DNA of 64,000 nucleotides, taken from the NCBI GenBank assembly GCA_021794075.1, contig JAJYRM010000004.1, positions 8,838 through 72,837 of the forward strand. Reading direction: 5' to 3'. Made by a program: the position numbers and the translations under genes. Of the stretch, positions 61,713 through 64,000 are shown in pieces; within the stretch, counting starts at the first letter, position 1; each line of letters begins with the position of its first letter. Source of the DNA: Bacteroidota bacterium. Lineage in GTDB: Bacteria; Bacteroidota; Ignavibacteria; Kryptoniales; JAKASW01. The notes under the pieces are model-generated. The model was not told the origin of the DNA and did not search any database. It saw only the letters and a program-made list of their open reading frames with translations.

Positions 61713-64000
61713 TTATTTACCATCGATTGTCTTTTCCCAATCCGAGACAATCGTTACTGTTGGAGGAACAGGATTCCCAGTGCTTACTCCCACGAGGACC
61801 TTTCGGCCATCCGAGTTGATATAGTATACTTCTTCTCCTTTGATTCCCTTGGCCGCTGAATAGAGCGGGTACGGTTTACTGAATATCAATGATTTGCCAG
61901 AACCGCGCACCTTCACTCCCATTATGACATTCTCAGGAGAAAGAAAATATATCCGTCTCCCACCCTTTCCCCATCTTGACCATTTGCCCCCATCATCGCT
62001 GACCTGCCATTTGCTTCCACCACCTTTGACGGCAGCGACGTAAATCTGTCTTTTTCCAGACTCATCCGAGGTATACATCACCCATTTCGAGTTCGGCGAT
62101 ATGCTCCCGTCTTCCTCGTCATATTTAGTGCCGATAAGGACAATCGGTTTCCGCCCTTTCTCCTCAGGGAGTAACAAAAGATCCCAGCCGCTGTTCTTTC
62201 CCACATAGTCCATCGCCTGTGCCAGTATATATTTACCGTTGTCCAGCCACTGATCCGCAATTACGTCGTTATCGAATCTGAAGAACGGCTTCGATTGCCC
62301 CGATCCATCCACATTTCTTATGTAAAGGTTGAGATTTCCGCTCAACCCTCGATTCGAGCTGAACACAATTTCCTTCCCGTCGGGGGCCCAACACGGATAA
62401 AGGTCCGCATCGCGGTCTAGAGTGAGCCTGGTCGCCACATTTCTCGATATATCATACGTCCAGATGTCATAATTCTTGTCCCCCGAATCATAGGAATCGA
62501 AGGCCACGCTCTTCCCATTCGGCGACAGCCGGGCATCATGGAACACCGGCATATCTACAAGTGTGTCAGATTTCACCCCGCGAGTTTCGGTGAGTATAAC
62601 CTTCTTCACGGGAATTCGCTCACGTTGAAAAATGAGGATGCCACTTTTCGAAGTCGAATAGCTCCCACTGATATCAATGTCGGAGTACTGTACGTCGCTC
62701 TCGACCGGCTCGATATGTCCGTCGAGGGCTTCGGCATCCGGCTCAAACCGGCGGGCAAAGAGAACCGATCGCCGCATGAAAAAGAGGTGACCGTCGGAAT
62801 ACTGGGCGTTCGACGAAGCCGTAAGTAACGGCTTCACATCTTGGGTGGCTTTAATTGAAGAGACATATATCTCATCGTTGTTTTCGGCAGTAACATTGGA
62901 CGACTGCACGGTGAACAAGAAATGATTTCCGTCTGGAAGAAAGTAAGGCCATCTCAAGCTGATCTGATTCTTGACGGTATCCGGCGACAATAGCTTTACC
63001 GGTTTTCCGCCGGAAGAAGCCACTTTGAAAAGGCTTCCCGTCGAGGATTCAGAAAAAACGATGACGCCTTTCGTGCCCCAGGTGCCGCCGTTACCGCCCT
63101 GCGCCCTGCAGATGATTACCGGTACGCCGCCGTCAAATGGAATGCTCAACAGCTTCCCCTGCCGGAAATAAGCGATGGATTTACCATCCGGAGACCAGAA
63201 CGGATAAGCCTTGTTGTCAGCCTTCACAAGCAATTTTGAAGACATTGAACCAAGCTTTCTGATGTAAAGCCCACTGTTGCCGGCGGAATCGTCACCGATA
63301 AACGCGAGGTACAATCCATTCGGGGAAATCGATAAATTGTTGCCGGCAGAATTATCAAAGTTCACGCCGGCTGGGGCAAGTATCGATGCCTCGATGACCG
63401 GATGCCCCCCTTCTGCCGCCCTGGTGAAAAAGGCTGTCAAATAAATCGCGGCCGCAAGTGACCCGAGCGCGACTAATAGGAAAATAATCCTTCGAAAAAA
63501 GGCCCCACGTAGCGGTGATCTATTGGGGCTCGCATCGCTATTTGCCGAATGATGATCGCTACTTGCAACGTCACTCGGGACTCCATCTTCCCCTTTCTCG
63601 TCGGAAGGTTTACGGCTGCGGCCAGATGGCATCTTCACGACGGGTAGTCTCTTCCTTTCGAATTGACGGTGAAGCCGTCTCAGCTCCTTGGTTACTTCTA
63701 GCGCAGACTGGTATCTTTCCTCCTTTCTCTTCTGCAGGCATTCGGCGATGATGTTCATCATTTCATTTTCTATGCCATCATTCACCGAGTGAAGAAGTGG
63801 AGGATCGACATGGATAATTTCATATTCGACCGCGGCCCTGTGCCATCCCTTGAACGGCGGTTCACCTGCCACCAGCTCGTAAAGGACCACCCCCAGCGAG
63901 AATATGTCGCTCCGAAAATCAACGTCCCATCCCTGAATTTGTTCCGGAGACATATATGGATACGAGCCTGCTGTCAGGTCATGAGTCGCATCGTCGTTCA
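61713..64000 (-). CDS. Ser/Thr protein kinase (C-lobe only in window) + TM + TolB-like WD40/PD40 beta-propeller repeats; 5' end outside window
   Basis: The frame stays open to 64000 (..NDDATHDLTAGSYPYMSPEQ..DIFSLGVVLYELVAGEPPF). One TM (IIFLLVALGSLAAAIYLTAFF). Repeated ..SP(D/N)GK.(I/V)(A/V)F.. propeller blades. Confidence 0.85.
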   Translation of the reverse strand, partial: NDDATHDLTAGSYPYMSPEQIQGWDVDFRSDIFSLGVVLYELVAGEPPFKGWHRAAVEYEIIHVDPPLLHSVNDGIENEMMNIIAECLQKRKEERYQSALEVTKELRRLHRQFERKRLPVVKMPSGRSRKPSDEKGEDGVPSDVASSDHHSANSDASPNRSPLRGAFFRRIIFLLVALGSLAAAIYLTAFFTRAAEGGHPVIEASILAPAGVNFDNSAGNNLSISPNGLYLAFIGDDSAGNSGLYIRKLGSMSSKLLVKADNKAYPFWSPDGKSIAYFRQGKLLSIPFDGGVPVIICRAQGGNGGTWGTKGVIVFSESSTGSLFKVASSGGKPVKLLSPDTVKNQISLRWPYFLPDGNHFLFTVQSSNVTAENNDEIYVSSIKATQDVKPLLTASSNAQYSDGHLFFMRRSVLFARRFEPDAEALDGHIEPVESDVQYSDIDISGSYSTSKSGILIFQRERIPVKKVILTETRGVKSDTLVDMPVFHDARLSPNGKSVAFDSYDSGDKNYDIWTYDISRNVATRLTLDRDADLYPCWAPDGKEIVFSSNRGLSGNLNLYIRNVDGSGQSKPFFRFDNDVIADQWLDNGKYILAQAMDYVGKNSGWDLLLLPEEKGRKPIVLIGTKYDEEDGSISPNSKWVMYTSDESGKRQIYVAAVKGGGSKWQVSDDGGKWSRWGKGGRRIYFLSPENVIMGVKVRGSGKSLIFSKPYPLYSAAKGIKGEEVYYINSDGRKVLVGVSTGNPVPPTVTIVSDWEKTIDGK

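Noticed and set aside
1-64000. Looked for tRNA/rRNA genes, CRISPR repeat-spacer arrays, transposases, integrases, phage genes and toxin-antitoxin or restriction-type defence genes.
   Set aside because: Nothing convincing was seen. The only repeats are coding tandem modules, the 8-nt tract, the 62-nt direct repeat and the promoter-like 16-mers.

Overview
All calls below come from reading the ORF translations and the DNA by eye; no homology search was run, so family names rest on motif recognition and need HMM or BLAST confirmation. The window looks like an FCB-group (Ignavibacteria/Bacteroidota-like) chromosome segment. Six proteins end in Por/T9SS C-terminal sorting domains, and Shine-Dalgarno sites are used. 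I recognised no rRNA, tRNA, CRISPR array, transposase or integrase. (1) Positions 56-47245 form one large multi-operon exopolysaccharide / amino-sugar locus. It holds a Wza-like exporter, a split Wzz plus P-loop ATPase, Wzx, a Wzy-like protein, a WecA-like initiating transferase and a DegT-type aminotransferase. It also holds two hexapeptide acyltransferases, two intact CelD/FemAB-like GNATs plus one interrupted copy, and a proline-dehydrogenase-like TIM barrel. There are two unusual fusions: a GT4-CE4 deacetylase fusion, and a processive GT2 synthase with a chitin-synthase-type QRRRW motif fused to a GT26 (TagA/WecG) domain. The locus has two GlmS genes, one with its isomerase catalytic residues replaced. 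It also has two paralogous ComA-like TIM-barrel genes, five paralogous GH18 chitinase-like genes, large FN3-like/BNR T9SS cargo proteins, a NarL-type response regulator and a pseudo-receiver. (2) Position 47256-50129 is a solitary 957-aa PRTase / kinase-like / HAD phosphatase fusion. (3) Positions 50508-61478 are a tightly overlapping operon that looks like a porin-cytochrome electron conduit. It encodes a His-rich membrane protein, a membrane-anchored 2x[4Fe-4S] flavoprotein, a 20-heme and a roughly 25-heme cytochrome c, a 549-aa outer-membrane barrel, a CcmF-type heme lyase and a small OMP. (4) Positions 61713-64000 are a partial Ser/Thr kinase fused to TolB-like propellers. The most notable non-coding signal is a 16-nt sigma54-like -24/-12 motif (GGCAYR-N4-TTGAS). 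It occurs seven times, always intergenic and always facing a gene. Three back-to-back pairs sit at the divergent heads of the EPS operons. Other non-coding oddities are a phased 8-nt YGGA repeat tract, a 62-nt direct repeat bracketing one T9SS cargo gene, and an in-frame TAG inside a CelD-like gene.
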